Positions 1-13,850 of a stretch of 64,000 nucleotides of DNA are shown one piece after another; the stretch's first letter is position 1; the number at the start of each line of letters is the position of its first letter. Below the pieces are notes generated by a model that saw nothing but the letters and a program-made list of their open reading frames with translations, was not told the DNA's origin and searched no databases. The translations under genes were made by a program, and so were the position numbers. The stretch lies in contig OZ024742.1 of NCBI GenBank assembly GCA_964016885.1, positions 18,228,001 through 18,292,000 of the forward strand, written 5' to 3'. This DNA comes from Eledone cirrhosa (Eukaryota).

Positions 1-788
1 GTTATTTACCATGCGGCCCTCAGTTCCTACCCCCCCTCTCTATGCACTTATTTACGGCTTACTACCCTGTCTTTAACCTAATTCATTCAATCTGAAAATA
101 TTGAAGAGATAAGACACTTTCCCATTCTTCTCTGCTAAAATGTACCACTAGAGCTGATTCCAATTTTCCCAGCCAGCCATCCATCTAATCTACGAAGGTA
201 TTTTAGCCTACATATTGTCGTTAATATTATGATGTTCCCTGCTGTATTAGCGTTAAATTTTCCCTGCTGTATTAGCGATAAATTTTCGAGGGTTTCTCTT
301 AGTAGCTTTTTTCATGACGTTATTATTGTTAATTTTACTGATGTAGTATTAACTTGGATATTTACCATGCGGTATTCTAATCCTATTGTATCTCTCTCAG
401 TTATTTACCATGCGGCCCTCAGTTCCTACCCCCCCCCTCTCTATGCACTTCTTTAAGGCTTACTACCCTGTCTTTAACCTAATTCATTCAATCTGAAAAT
501 ATTGAAGAGATAAGACACTTTCCCATTCTTCTCTGCTAAAATGTACCACTAGAGCTGATTCCAATTTTCCCAGCCAGCCATCCATCTAATCTACGAAGGT
601 ATTTTAGCCTACATATTGTCGTTAATATTATGATGTTCCCTGCTGTATTAGCGTTAAATTTTCCCTGCTGTATTAGCGATAAATTTTCGAGGGTTTCTCT
701 TAGTAGCTTTTTTCATGACGTTATTATTGTTAATTTTACTGATGTAGTATTAACTTGGATATTTACCATGCGACCCTCAGTTCCTACC
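1..788. repeat. ~400-bp direct tandem duplication (2 copies, first may be cut by the window edge) immediately 5' of an RTE ORF
   Basis: 1-399 recurs from 400 almost base for base (ORFs at 229 and 630 share their first 48 aa; offset 399-401 because of a poly-C length change). The second copy runs on into the RTE 5' region. Confidence 0.9.
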
Positions 789-789
789 T

Positions 790-3700
790 CACAATTTCCC
801 TCCCCCCACCCCCACACACCACCATAGTCTATTCGACCAATCAAACCTAGCATGCCATTTCCACTGCTGCTGCTGCTACTACCTGCCTAACTAACTCTCT
901 CCTCCTCTGGCGCATCCCAACACACCCTGCCATTACCCCACCACCACTGTCCTTCTAGCCCTCAATTTTCCCACCGTTATGGATGGATGAGCTGGGAATA
1001 CACGAGCAACTCTGAATCAATAGATGAAATATGAATCTGCGAGCTACCAAGCACCCACGTGAAGCGCCAACCCAGAGACCCTCCCCTACGAGTGTCGACA
1101 AATGCCCAAAACTCCGAGTTGGTACCATCAATGTAGGCTCAATGAAAGGAAGAGCAGGAGAAATCGTAGAAATGCTAGAGCGAAAGGAAGTTGATGTATG
1201 CTGTGTGCAAGAGACTAGATGGAGAGGAGGGTCTGCTAGAGTCCTTGTAGGAAAAAGCCAGTGCTACAAATTTTTCTGGGTGGGAAATGACGATGGGATG
1301 GGTGGTGTAGGTATACTATTAGCTGACAAGTGGGTAGATAAAGTAATCTCAGTGTACAGGGTAAATGCAAGAATCATTAAACTCAGACTAGTCCTGAATA
1401 AGACAATTACCACAATAATATCAGCTTACGCACCCCAATCGGGGCTGCCAGACGAACTTAAGGATAGGTTTTACGAGTCCCTAATACACACTACTGCTCT
1501 AACAGACGACAAGGACTTCCTAATCATTGCAGGAGATTTTAACGGACACGTAGGTAAACACTGCGACGGCTTCAATAGAGTACATGGAGGCCATGGAGTT
1601 GGCACAAGGAATGAGGAAGGATTCAGACTTCTAGAATTCTGCGACGCCAATGACATGTCGATATGTAACACAAACTTTAAAAAACCCGACAACCACCTGA
1701 TCACCTATAGATCAGGGGAGCACTCTAGTCAGTTAGATTTTATCCTCATCAGAGGACGTGACAGATGGACGGTCGTAAACACAAAAGCCTTCCCTAGTGA
1801 GGAATGTACATCCCAACATAGCTTAGTTGTCAGCGACCTCACGGTCAGAACTAGACGAGCCCTGAAACAGAGGCCAACCTGGAGAAGAAAGATCTGGAAG
1901 CTGAAAGTCCCCTCAACCAGTAACAGATTTAAAGATATTCTACTCAACGCCTATGACAGTAAAGAAGAACAGATAGAGACATTCAATGTAGAAGAGCACT
2001 GGGAGTTCCTAAAAAATAACTTACTAAAAGCGACGGACGAGATCTGTGGTTGGAGCAAGTCCACAGGGAGGAGGAGAGTGACTTTGTGGTGGAACAATAA
2101 GGTAGATGAGGCAGTTAAAGATTAGAGACAGGCATGAAAAGAATGGAAGAACGGGTGAAGCAGGGTACATTACATAGAGACCAGGAGGGAAGCTAGGCGA
2201 CAAGTATACTTAGCTAGAAGAGAAGCAGAGGATAGAAAATTCAAGCATGTTTTACAACGTGAGGACCAGAAACAGGAGGTATTCAATATTGCGAGGCAGT
2301 GTGTCAGAGATAGTTGTGATGTCATTGGAGAGAAGTGTATCCGGAATGATAAAGGTGAGCTTGCCCTCACAAGTGCTGAGAAGAAAGATGCATGGAAGAG
2401 TCATTATGATAGATTACTAAATGAGGAGAATGCATGGGAAGAAGAGACCCTACCCCACGTAGACCCTATAGAGGGACCAGCAGTACAAGTCAGCGGCAGC
2501 GTAGTAAGTAAGGCAATCAGAGATATGAAGATAGGGAAGGCAACCGGTCCATCGGGTATAGCTGCCGAGATGCTGAAGGCATCTGGGTCTGTAGGTCACA
2601 CTATAACCACACGTATCGTTAACCAGGTAATACTAGAGGGGGCCATACCAAAAGATTGGTGCAGTAGCATCATTGTCAACTGCTACAAAGGTAAAGGCGA
2701 TGCACTAGATAGAGGAAACTATAGAGGTATAAAGTTGATGGACCAGGTCATGAAAGTAACAGAAAGAGTTATAGCACAGCTGATTAGGGACCGGGTGAAT
2801 ATAGACGAGATGCAATTTGGGTTTGTACCAGGGAAAGGCACCACTGATGCGCTCTTCCTTGTGAGGCAATTACAGGAAAAGTACCTAGCTAAAAGTAAGC
2901 CACTCTACTTGGCATTTGTCGACCTTGAGAAAGCCTTTGACAGAGTTCCACGTGCAGTAATCTGGTGGGCTCTTAGAAAACTAGGAGTAGATGAATGGCT
3001 TGTGAAAGCGGTACAAGCCATGTATAGGGGAGCAGTCAGCAAAGTTAGGATTGGCAATGAGTATAGCGAGGAATTTAGCGTACAGGTTGGGGTCCACCAG
3101 GGCTCTGTTCTTAGCCCTCTCCTGTTCATCATAGTCCTGCAGGCAATAACGGAGGAGTTTAAGACCGGATGCCCATGGGAACTCCTGTATGCTGATGACC
3201 TCGCACTCATAGCTGAATCTATGGTAGAACTAGAGAATAAATTCCAAACCTGGAAGCAGGGACTAGAGAGAAAGGGCCTCAAAGTCAACATGACAAAGAC
3301 TAAGGTCCTTATAAGTAGACGAGAAAACAGAACCCAGATCCCCTCAGGGAAATGGCCTTGCTCAGTATGTAGGAAAGGTGTAGGTAGGAACTCCATTCTT
3401 TGCCCCAAATGCAAACAATGGGTACACAAGAGATGTAGCGGGATCTCAGGAAGCTTAATTAAGAATGTAGGATTCACATGCAGCAGCTGTGCTGAAACAG
3501 CAAGCAAACAGCCACAGGAAACAAGTACCACCAATCTCTGGGAGGGCCCTGTAGAAACAGTAGACAGCTTCTGCTACCTAGGTGACCGAATTAGCAACGG
3601 AGGTGGGTGCTCAGAAAGTACAATAACTAGGGTAAGAACGGGATGGAAGAAGTTTAGGGAACTACTACCACTGCTAGCTGCAAAAGGCTTCTCCCTCAGA

Positions 3701-4455
3701 ATGAAAGGCAGACTGTATGATGCGTGTATCCGAACAGCGATGTTGCATGGTAGTGAGACCTGGGCGCTGAAGGTGGAAGACCTACGTAGATTAGAGAGAA
3801 ACGAAGCCTGCATGCTCCGATGGATGTGTAACAGTAATATACGTGAATGACAAAGCATAAATGAATTGAGAGAGAGACTGAGCATAAGAGGAATCAAATG
3901 CTGCGTGCAGGAGAGGCGGTTACGCTGGTATGGACATGTGATGCGTATGAAGGATGACAGCTGCATAAAAAGGTGCAGAGCACTAGAAGTTGATGGAAAC
4001 CGCGGAGTGGGGAGACCCAAGATGACTTGGGATGAGGTGATAAAAGCCGACCTTACCCAACTACACCTCTCAAAGTCAATGACACACGACCGTGACTTCT
4101 GGCGTCACGCAGTAATACAGGGTACCCGACCTCCCATGGGTACATGCTGAAGCATATAAACAATATGCCCCCCCCCCCCCCACCGCAAGGTGGTCGTGGA
4201 GGTGCCACGGCAAAAAAGCACCCAGCCCACACTGTAAAGTGGACGTGTAGGCGCCACGAAAAAGCACCCAGCACTCACTGTAAATGAGGTTGGTGTTAGG
4301 AAGGGCATCCAGCTGTAGAAATCAAGCCAGATCAGTTCCTGTATGAGCAAGGCATGGTCAGCCGACCAGACACTGCCCACAACAGGACAACCCGTCTAAC
4401 CCATGCTAGCGTGGAAGAACGGACGTAAAACGGTGATGATGATGATGATGATGAT
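790..4455 (+). mobile_element. Near full-length RTE-clade LINE (APE + RT with PHD-like insert), inactivated by in-frame stops
   Basis: One reading frame 1031-4150: APE motifs (TINVGS, QETRW, GDFNGHVG), RT motifs (QFGF, DLEKAFD, GVHQGSVLSP, YADD, YLG), C-terminal [12 protein letters not shown]. Stops at 2123, 2135, 2156 and 3848. 3' UTR ends in (GAT)n. Confidence 0.95.
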
Positions 4456-6740
<2,285 letters not shown>

Positions 6741-8977
6741 AAGAGTAAGAGTCGTACAATATAGAGGAACAGTGAGAATTCCTGAAAGCTAACCTGCTGA
6801 AGGCGACAGATGAAACCTGTGGCTGGAGCAGGCCTATAGGCAGGGGGAGAGTAACTTGGTGGTGGAACAGTGAGGTGGAGAGGGCAATCAAGTCCAAAAA
6901 GCAGGCTTGGAAAGCATGGCGGGATGGGGGAAGTAGAGAAGACTATCAAGTGGCCAGGAGGGAAGCTAGGAGACAAGTGTACTTCGCAAGAAGGGAAGCA
7001 GAGGAAAGAAAGTTCAAGCATGTTCTACAACGCGAGGACCAAAAACGTGAGGTGTTCAGGATTGCTAGGCAATGTGTCAACGAAAACTGATATTGTCGTG
7101 GAGAAGTGTGTCCTAAATGATGATGGTGTACTTGCCATCACTGACGCTGATAAGAAGGTAGCTTGGAAGTGTCACTACGAAAGGCTACTAAATGAGGAGA
7201 ATAATTGGGAGAAAGACAGTCTCCCCCACATCGACCCGATAGAGGGACCAGCAGTGCAAGTTGAAGGTAGTATAATAAGTAAGGCGATCAAAGACATGAA
7301 GATGGACAAGGCGGCCGGGCCTTCGGAAATAGTTGCCGAAATGCTGAAAGCATCTGGAACGGTGGGACACACTATGGTCACCCGGATAGTAAACCAAGTC
7401 ATACAGAATGGGGTCGTTCCGAAGGACTGGCGCAGCAGCATCATCATTAACTGCTACAAGGGTAAAGGTGATGGCCTAGATAGGGGAAACTATAGAGGCA
7501 TTAAATTAATTGACCAGGTCATGAAGGTCACAGAAAAAGTAATAGCACAACTAATCAGAGAGCGAATTGATCTAGACAAAATGCAGTTCGGGTTTGTGTC
7601 AGGTAAAAGTACAACAGACGCTCTTTTCATTGTACGACAACTACAGGAGAAGTACCTAGCTAAAAGTAAACCCCTATACTTAGCTTTTGTTGACTTGGAG
7701 AAAGCCTTTGACAGAGTACCCCGCTTGATTATCTGGTGGGCCCTTAGAAAACTAGGTGTTGATGAATGGCTTGTGAGAGCTATACAAGCCATGTATAAAG
7801 AAACAGTCAGCAAGGTTAGAATTAACAACGAATATAGTGAAGAGTTTAGCGTAAAAGTTGGTGTTCATCAGGGCTCCGTCCTTAGCCCCCTACTATTTAT
7901 TATTGCCCTTCAGGCTATAACAGAGGAGTTCAAGACCGGCTGCCCATGGGAACTCCTATATGCAGATGATTTAACGCTCATAGCTGAATCAATGGCTGAA
8001 CTAGAGAAGAAATTCCAAACATGGAAGCATGGCCTAGAATCAAAAGGCCTTAAAGTTGACTTGTCTAAGACTAAAGTTCTAGTTTGTAGGAAGGAAAATA
8101 GGGCACCGGTCCCATCTGGGAAATGGCTATGCTCAGTGTGTAGGAAAGGAGTAGATAGAAACTCCATTTTATGTCCCAAATGCAAAGTATGGGTAGGATG
8201 TAGTGGGATCACAGGTAAGCTAACTAAGAATATAGATTTTATATGTGGCCGGTGCTCTGGTGCAATAAGTAGCAGCAAGTGCCCACAGAATACTAACTCA
8301 TTCCATTGCACAGATGGTTCTATAGAAATAGTGGACAGCTTCCGTTACCTGGGTGATAAAATCAGCAGTGGGGGAGGGTGCTCTGAAAGTACAGTAGCTA
8401 GAGTCAGAACGGGATGGAAAAAGTTCAGAGAGCTTATACCACTATTGGCCGCTAAAGGGTTCTCTCTAAAAATGAAAGGCAGGCTGTATGATGCCTGCAT
8501 ACGAACAGCAATGTTACATGGCAGTGAGACCTGGGCATTGTGTGCAGAGGATATACGCAGACTGGAGAGAAACGAAGCTTGCATGCTCCGCTGGATGTAT
8601 AATAGTAATATACGTGAACGGCAAAGCATAAACGAACTAAGGGAGAAATTAGAAATAAGAGGGATCAGATGTTGTTTACTCGAGAGAAGACTACGTTGGT
8701 ATGGTCACGTGATGCGCATGAAAGACGACAGCTGTATAAAAAAGTGCAGGGCAATAAAAATAGACGGTAGCCACGGAGTAGGCAGACCCAGAAAAACCTG
8801 GGACGACTTGATAAATTCCGACCTCACACACTTACACCTCTCCAAGACAATGTCACTGGACCGAGATCTTTGGCGCTACACAGTAATAGAGAAGACCCGC
8901 CTTACCTAAGTGCAAAGTGAAACCTACTACAGTCAGTAGGCACCTCTAACAAAATAATGAAGATGATGATGATGATG
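6741..8977 (+). mobile_element. 5'-truncated RTE LINE (third subfamily): linker + RT + PHD-like insert
   Basis: ORF 6875-7090 joins the frame of ORF 6870-8909 through a frameshift near 7085; [26 protein letters not shown]; short (GAT)n tail. Confidence 0.93.
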
Positions 8978-10053
8978 AGTGAGAGAAAGAGTTTAACCCT
9001 TTCATGACTACATATCTAATGAAATAGACTTTACTTCAATTAAATAATGAAGAATTTTGAAGGATTTACTAAAATTATTAATGATTTCATTACTGAGATA
9101 GTAACTTAATGTAAGGTTCTCATATAAATTTATGTTGGAATCCTTTAAAATGTGTAGTTTCATTTTATAGAACCAGAAATGGTTTTGGTAAGTAAAGGTT
9201 TAAACCTAAGGAGCAGTCAATACAGCAAATATTGTCCTATAAAAGCCATTGAAGGAAGCCTCAACATAATTATTTCACCTGCTAGAAATAGCAACCAAGT
9301 TTCCTTTAATGTTAAAAACTGTGAAACAAAACATGCGTGTATGTGTATGGATGGGAATATCAGGTATAGTGTTGGCGAATTTTGGGAAGCATGGAAGTTT
9401 TGAAGGATGCAGTGTCCCAGCAGCTAACAACCAAATAAGCAATTTTGTATCATAAAACCAGGGAAGTTTCAGGTGGTTTGGTATTAAAAGGGTTAAACAG
9501 TTCTAACTAAATATTTATTTAATTTATATAATATTGTAACTGAAAGAATTGATTGGTTTTTAAAAAGTAACAAATATCTATCGATTAAATTGACACCAGT
9601 GCATGACTGGTATTTTATTTTATCAACACTGTAAGGATGAAAGGCAAAGCCAATCTCTGCAAGATAAGGAATTACACTAATATTTTTCATTTTTGGAGAC
9701 AACATGGTCAAACTGTTTAGATGTTTACTTCCCAATTATTAGGACCTGAGTTCAATCCCATTACGTACCATCTTGAGAAAGTGTGATTTACCATAGTCTC
9801 AGGTTGATCCATGCCTTGTGAGTGAAATTTAGTAGACAGAAACTGTGCGGAAGTCTGTTAAATGAGCTGTGCCTGTAATTTAAAGATCCAGCCCTTGTCA
9901 TATTGAATCTCTGAGACTTATGATGAGGCTGCTTGTGTCTGTGGAATGCTCAGCCTCTTACACAGTAATTTCAGAGGCTGTTCCATTGATTGAACAACTG
10001 GAACATTCATTGTCAAACCTGATAGGGGTCCATTCTAATATTTTCCCTTTTAA

Positions 10054-10264
10054 CCCTTTAATGTTCAAAACCGGCCAGAATTCTCTACCTCTTTCTGTTG
10101 AAACTGGCTGTAACTGGTCACTCAAACTGATTTTAAGGTATTGTTCTCAAAATAAATACTTTCAAAATCTCATAAATTCGGTATTATGTGAGATAATTAT
10201 GTGAGGTAAAGCCTTTACCATGAAAATATAATAGTATATATAGAGTAATGTGAATGCTAAAGGG
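10054..10264. mobile_element. TTAA-flanked piggyBac-like MITE; related copies at 21690-21949, 30659-30871, 41043-41263, 48237-48457
   Basis: TTAA|CCCTTTA...TAAAGGG|TTAA ends and a shared ~215-bp body in five copies. Confidence 0.8.
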
Positions 10265-10326
10265 TTAAATGACAATATTAGCAACAAATCACAGATATTT
10301 ATTGAACACATAAAATATTGCCTTAC

Positions 10327-10430
10327 CTTTATAGGATCTGAATTTAAGGCTTCAGCTTCTGCTAAGAAGTTTTTCTTGGTATCTTTTGACCACCAGGTTC
10401 TCATATTACCATTATCATCAAACTGTGACC
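10327..10430 (-). CDS. M13-like gene exon (GSQFDDNGNMRTWWSKDTKKNF...PIK)
   Basis: aag|GG...AAG|gtaagg, phase 1-0; matches neprilysin GRxFDxxGNLxxWW. Confidence 0.92.
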
Positions 10431-13400
10431 CTTTAAGGAAATATGAAAAAGAAAAAAGAAGTAGTTTAATAATTATTTCTATCAAAACTGAAAATATTAA
10501 TATTCTCATCTGAGGTCTCAAATAGAAACCTAAGCTAGATAGATTTTATTTGGTGACATGACAAAAAGCACCCAGCCCTCACTGTAGATATGGTTGGCAT
10601 TAGAAAGGGCATCCAACCATAGAAACCAAGCTAGAAACATTGTGTGTGAGCAAAACACAGTCACCTGACCCAACTTGCCTCAAACGGGACAAATCATCTA
10701 ACCCATGTAAGCGTGGAAAAATGGACATTAAACAGTGATGATGATGATTAAACAAGATAGACATATGGTTATAAATGTTAAGTATTTCTCTGGTGGAGAA
10801 TGCACCACATAAAATAAACTGGTGATTAGGGATTTCAGAGTATGCTCCTGATACATAGACAAATAAAAGACAGTTTGGGGAAGGAGGAGATGATGGAAGT
10901 TTAAAGAACAGAAAACAATCTTGGGTTTATATATGTACTGAGACAGTTGACAAGGTGGAGGAAGAATTGTAATCCTGTAACATTGAGGACAACTGGAAAC
11001 TCCTATGAGACTACCTATTGAGGACTACAGATGAGATTTTGGCTGGATGGAAGTTGGGAAGTCTGATATGCTGAGGATTTAGCCCTCATAGCTGAAACTG
11101 CAGAAGAATTAAAAAAGTTCTAGACATGGAGTCAGATGAATTCACAGACACACACACACACACACATAAGCAAACAAAACATATGGCTCAGACAAATTTA
11201 GCAAAGATTAAAGTTTCAGTAAGTAGAATAGAGAATTCTGCTACCACCAGGGAAATGGTTATGATCAATATACAGAAAAAGAATAAGTGAAACCTTCCTA
11301 TGACATATCCAGTGTGTACAGTGTGTGTACAAGAGGTGTAGTAGGATTGTAGCTAGGTTGATAGAGAAGGTAAACTTCATATATAACAGGTATATAGAAG
11401 TAGTCAGCAGTAAAAAAAATATCCCTCATATACTTAGAAGGTTCATTAGACCAACAGCAGGAGTTAAACTCAGAATGCAGACACATGGAACAAGTCTTTA
11501 ATGCTCTACCAACTCTGCTAAATCAAACACATTTCTATAGAATATATACACAGATCAAAATGATAAAATACCTTGCAGATCTAAGGAATGGATATAGGCA
11601 TGCCCAACCACAGATCCTAAAGCTCCAAATTGCATTGCTCTAAAAAATAAAATAAAATAAATCTTATCTTACCTTTTTGTTTTAACATATTTAATAAGAT
11701 TGCTGGTTCAATATTGTTTTATGAAGGAAATATATACTAGTCTGTGTCATCATGTCTTACTTCACTAAACTGTTAACAAGTAATATTTGTGGATTATATA
11801 CCCTTGCAAGCAGGGAAAAGCGGACGTAAAATGGTGATGATGATGACATACTCATATATATGTATATTACATATAGAGGTAGAACACTGGAAGGTAATAT
11901 CTGTAGTGGTAGAGCACTCAGTCTATGGGACGAGTTTGGTAGAAGTAGTAACCCAACAGTTAGTTCACTATACCGAGAACAATCCGAGCTGGAGATCCGC
12001 ATAAGGTGAAACAATTGTTCTTCGTATGGTGAACTAACTGTTGTGTTACTACGTCTATATATATATATATATCAATATTGCTAACAAAAGTTTATTGGAC
12101 CGTATGACACAACCAATAATACACCTTACTATATAACTGTATATATTTATATATATATATATATATATGGTGCATGTATGTATATATATATACATACTGT
12201 ACATCTGTATACATATATGTATGTACGTATACATACTTATATTTAAGTAACAGCCGTACTAAGAGTGGGAAATGAAATTTCGTTTCATTTTTTCCGTTTA
12301 TCATTTTCGGTGCACCCGGCCGATTAACCCACTCGATATGAAAATTGGGCTACTCAGCCGTTAATATGCATAAGGAAAGTATATACTTTCAGACGTTCAA
12401 TCATCTGGCAGGAAGGTATACGTTGCTGACGATAGCTAATAAGCTTGAAACTAGAACAGCGTTCCTTTGTCAGTGTTGAACAAACGAGCAACGGTGGTTG
12501 CTAGATACTACGGATTAATACGGGATGTTTGTTTACAAACACACTGAGCATTATAATAAATGTTCGGTGAATCCATACGTACATATATATATGTGTGCAT
12601 GTATGTATATATATATACATACTACTGTACGTCTGTATACATATATGTATGTACGTATACATACTTATATATATATATATATATTTATATATTCAACCTT
12701 TCTGTATCTATTGTTGTGGTATATATTTGGCCACCGCCTTTGGTCATTTTTCTTGGTGCCACAATTTTTAACTGTTGTGTTTACTGGATGATAATGTATT
12801 AACTTATCACTCCATTGAGTGCTTTGTGATTGCCTCAAACTAATCGAATAGTACATGGTGTACGGCAGCTACAACTTCGGTTTATACTTAATATATATAT
12901 ATATAATAATGATAATAATAATAATAATGAAATTATTGTGTAAAGTGCTCAGGTGCACTACAACTCGTCAAAGGTGCATGTATAGTACATAGAATAATAC
13001 ACAAATGTCAGGGAAGTGAATAGTGTATGAGTCATGATATACATGTGTGTATGTGTATGTGTATGGAGGGGGAACATTAGGTGTAATGTTGGCGAATCTC
13101 GGGAAGCATGGAGGCCTTAAAGGATGCAGTGTCTCCACAGCTAACAACTGATGCAGGTAGTTTGTTCCATGCTTCAGCAACTCTGAGCATGAAAAAATGT
13201 TTCCGAAAGTCATGGGAACTGTACTGTTTTCATATATATATATATATATACATATGTAGATTCCAAGTTAAATCGGGGTTAACCATAGTAAATAAGGTAT
13301 TCAATACATTAGTAGAGTGTGAACATAATTATTTAATATAGAAATGGCTTCTACAGGACTAGAACTGTGTCATTCATATGAAATAATCAGGAATACTCTG

Positions 13401-13819
13401 ATTATTTCATATGAATGAAACAGTTCTAGTCCTGTAGAATCCATTTCTATATTAAATAATTATATATATATATATGGGTGTGTTTTTGTTTAATGTATAT
13501 ATATATATATATATAGAAGTGGTTACACAACAGTTAGTTCACCATACCGAGAACAATTGTTTCACCTTCGCGGATCTTCAGCTCGGGATGTGTTATTCGT
13601 TCGTCAGTACATAGGATAGTTATTCGTTCGTCAATACATAAATAGGATAGTTATTCGTTTGTCAATACATAAGCTACTATATAAGATACACATCCCAAGC
13701 TGAAGATCCGCGATGGTGAAACAATTGTTCTCGGTATGGTGTTGTGTAACCACTTCTACCTAACTCGTCCCTTGGACTGAGTGCTCTACCACTACGGATA
13801 TTACCTTCCAGTGTGCCAC

Positions 13820-13850
<31 letters not shown>

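Noticed and set aside
2123-2158. Programmed readthrough or a two-ORF RTE organisation
   Set aside because: There are three stops in 36 bp at positions that are sense codons (K, W, G) in the copy at ~6895-6935, so this is decay.
2905-4020. Antisense ORFs over the RTE and Gypsy coding regions (also 7175-8629, 58010-58606)
   Set aside because: These are shadow frames of the retroelement ORFs with no independent motifs.
8980-10320. Next M13 exon with the GENIAD motif
   Set aside because: No matching minus-strand exon was seen by eye; it is presumed to lie beyond the window start.
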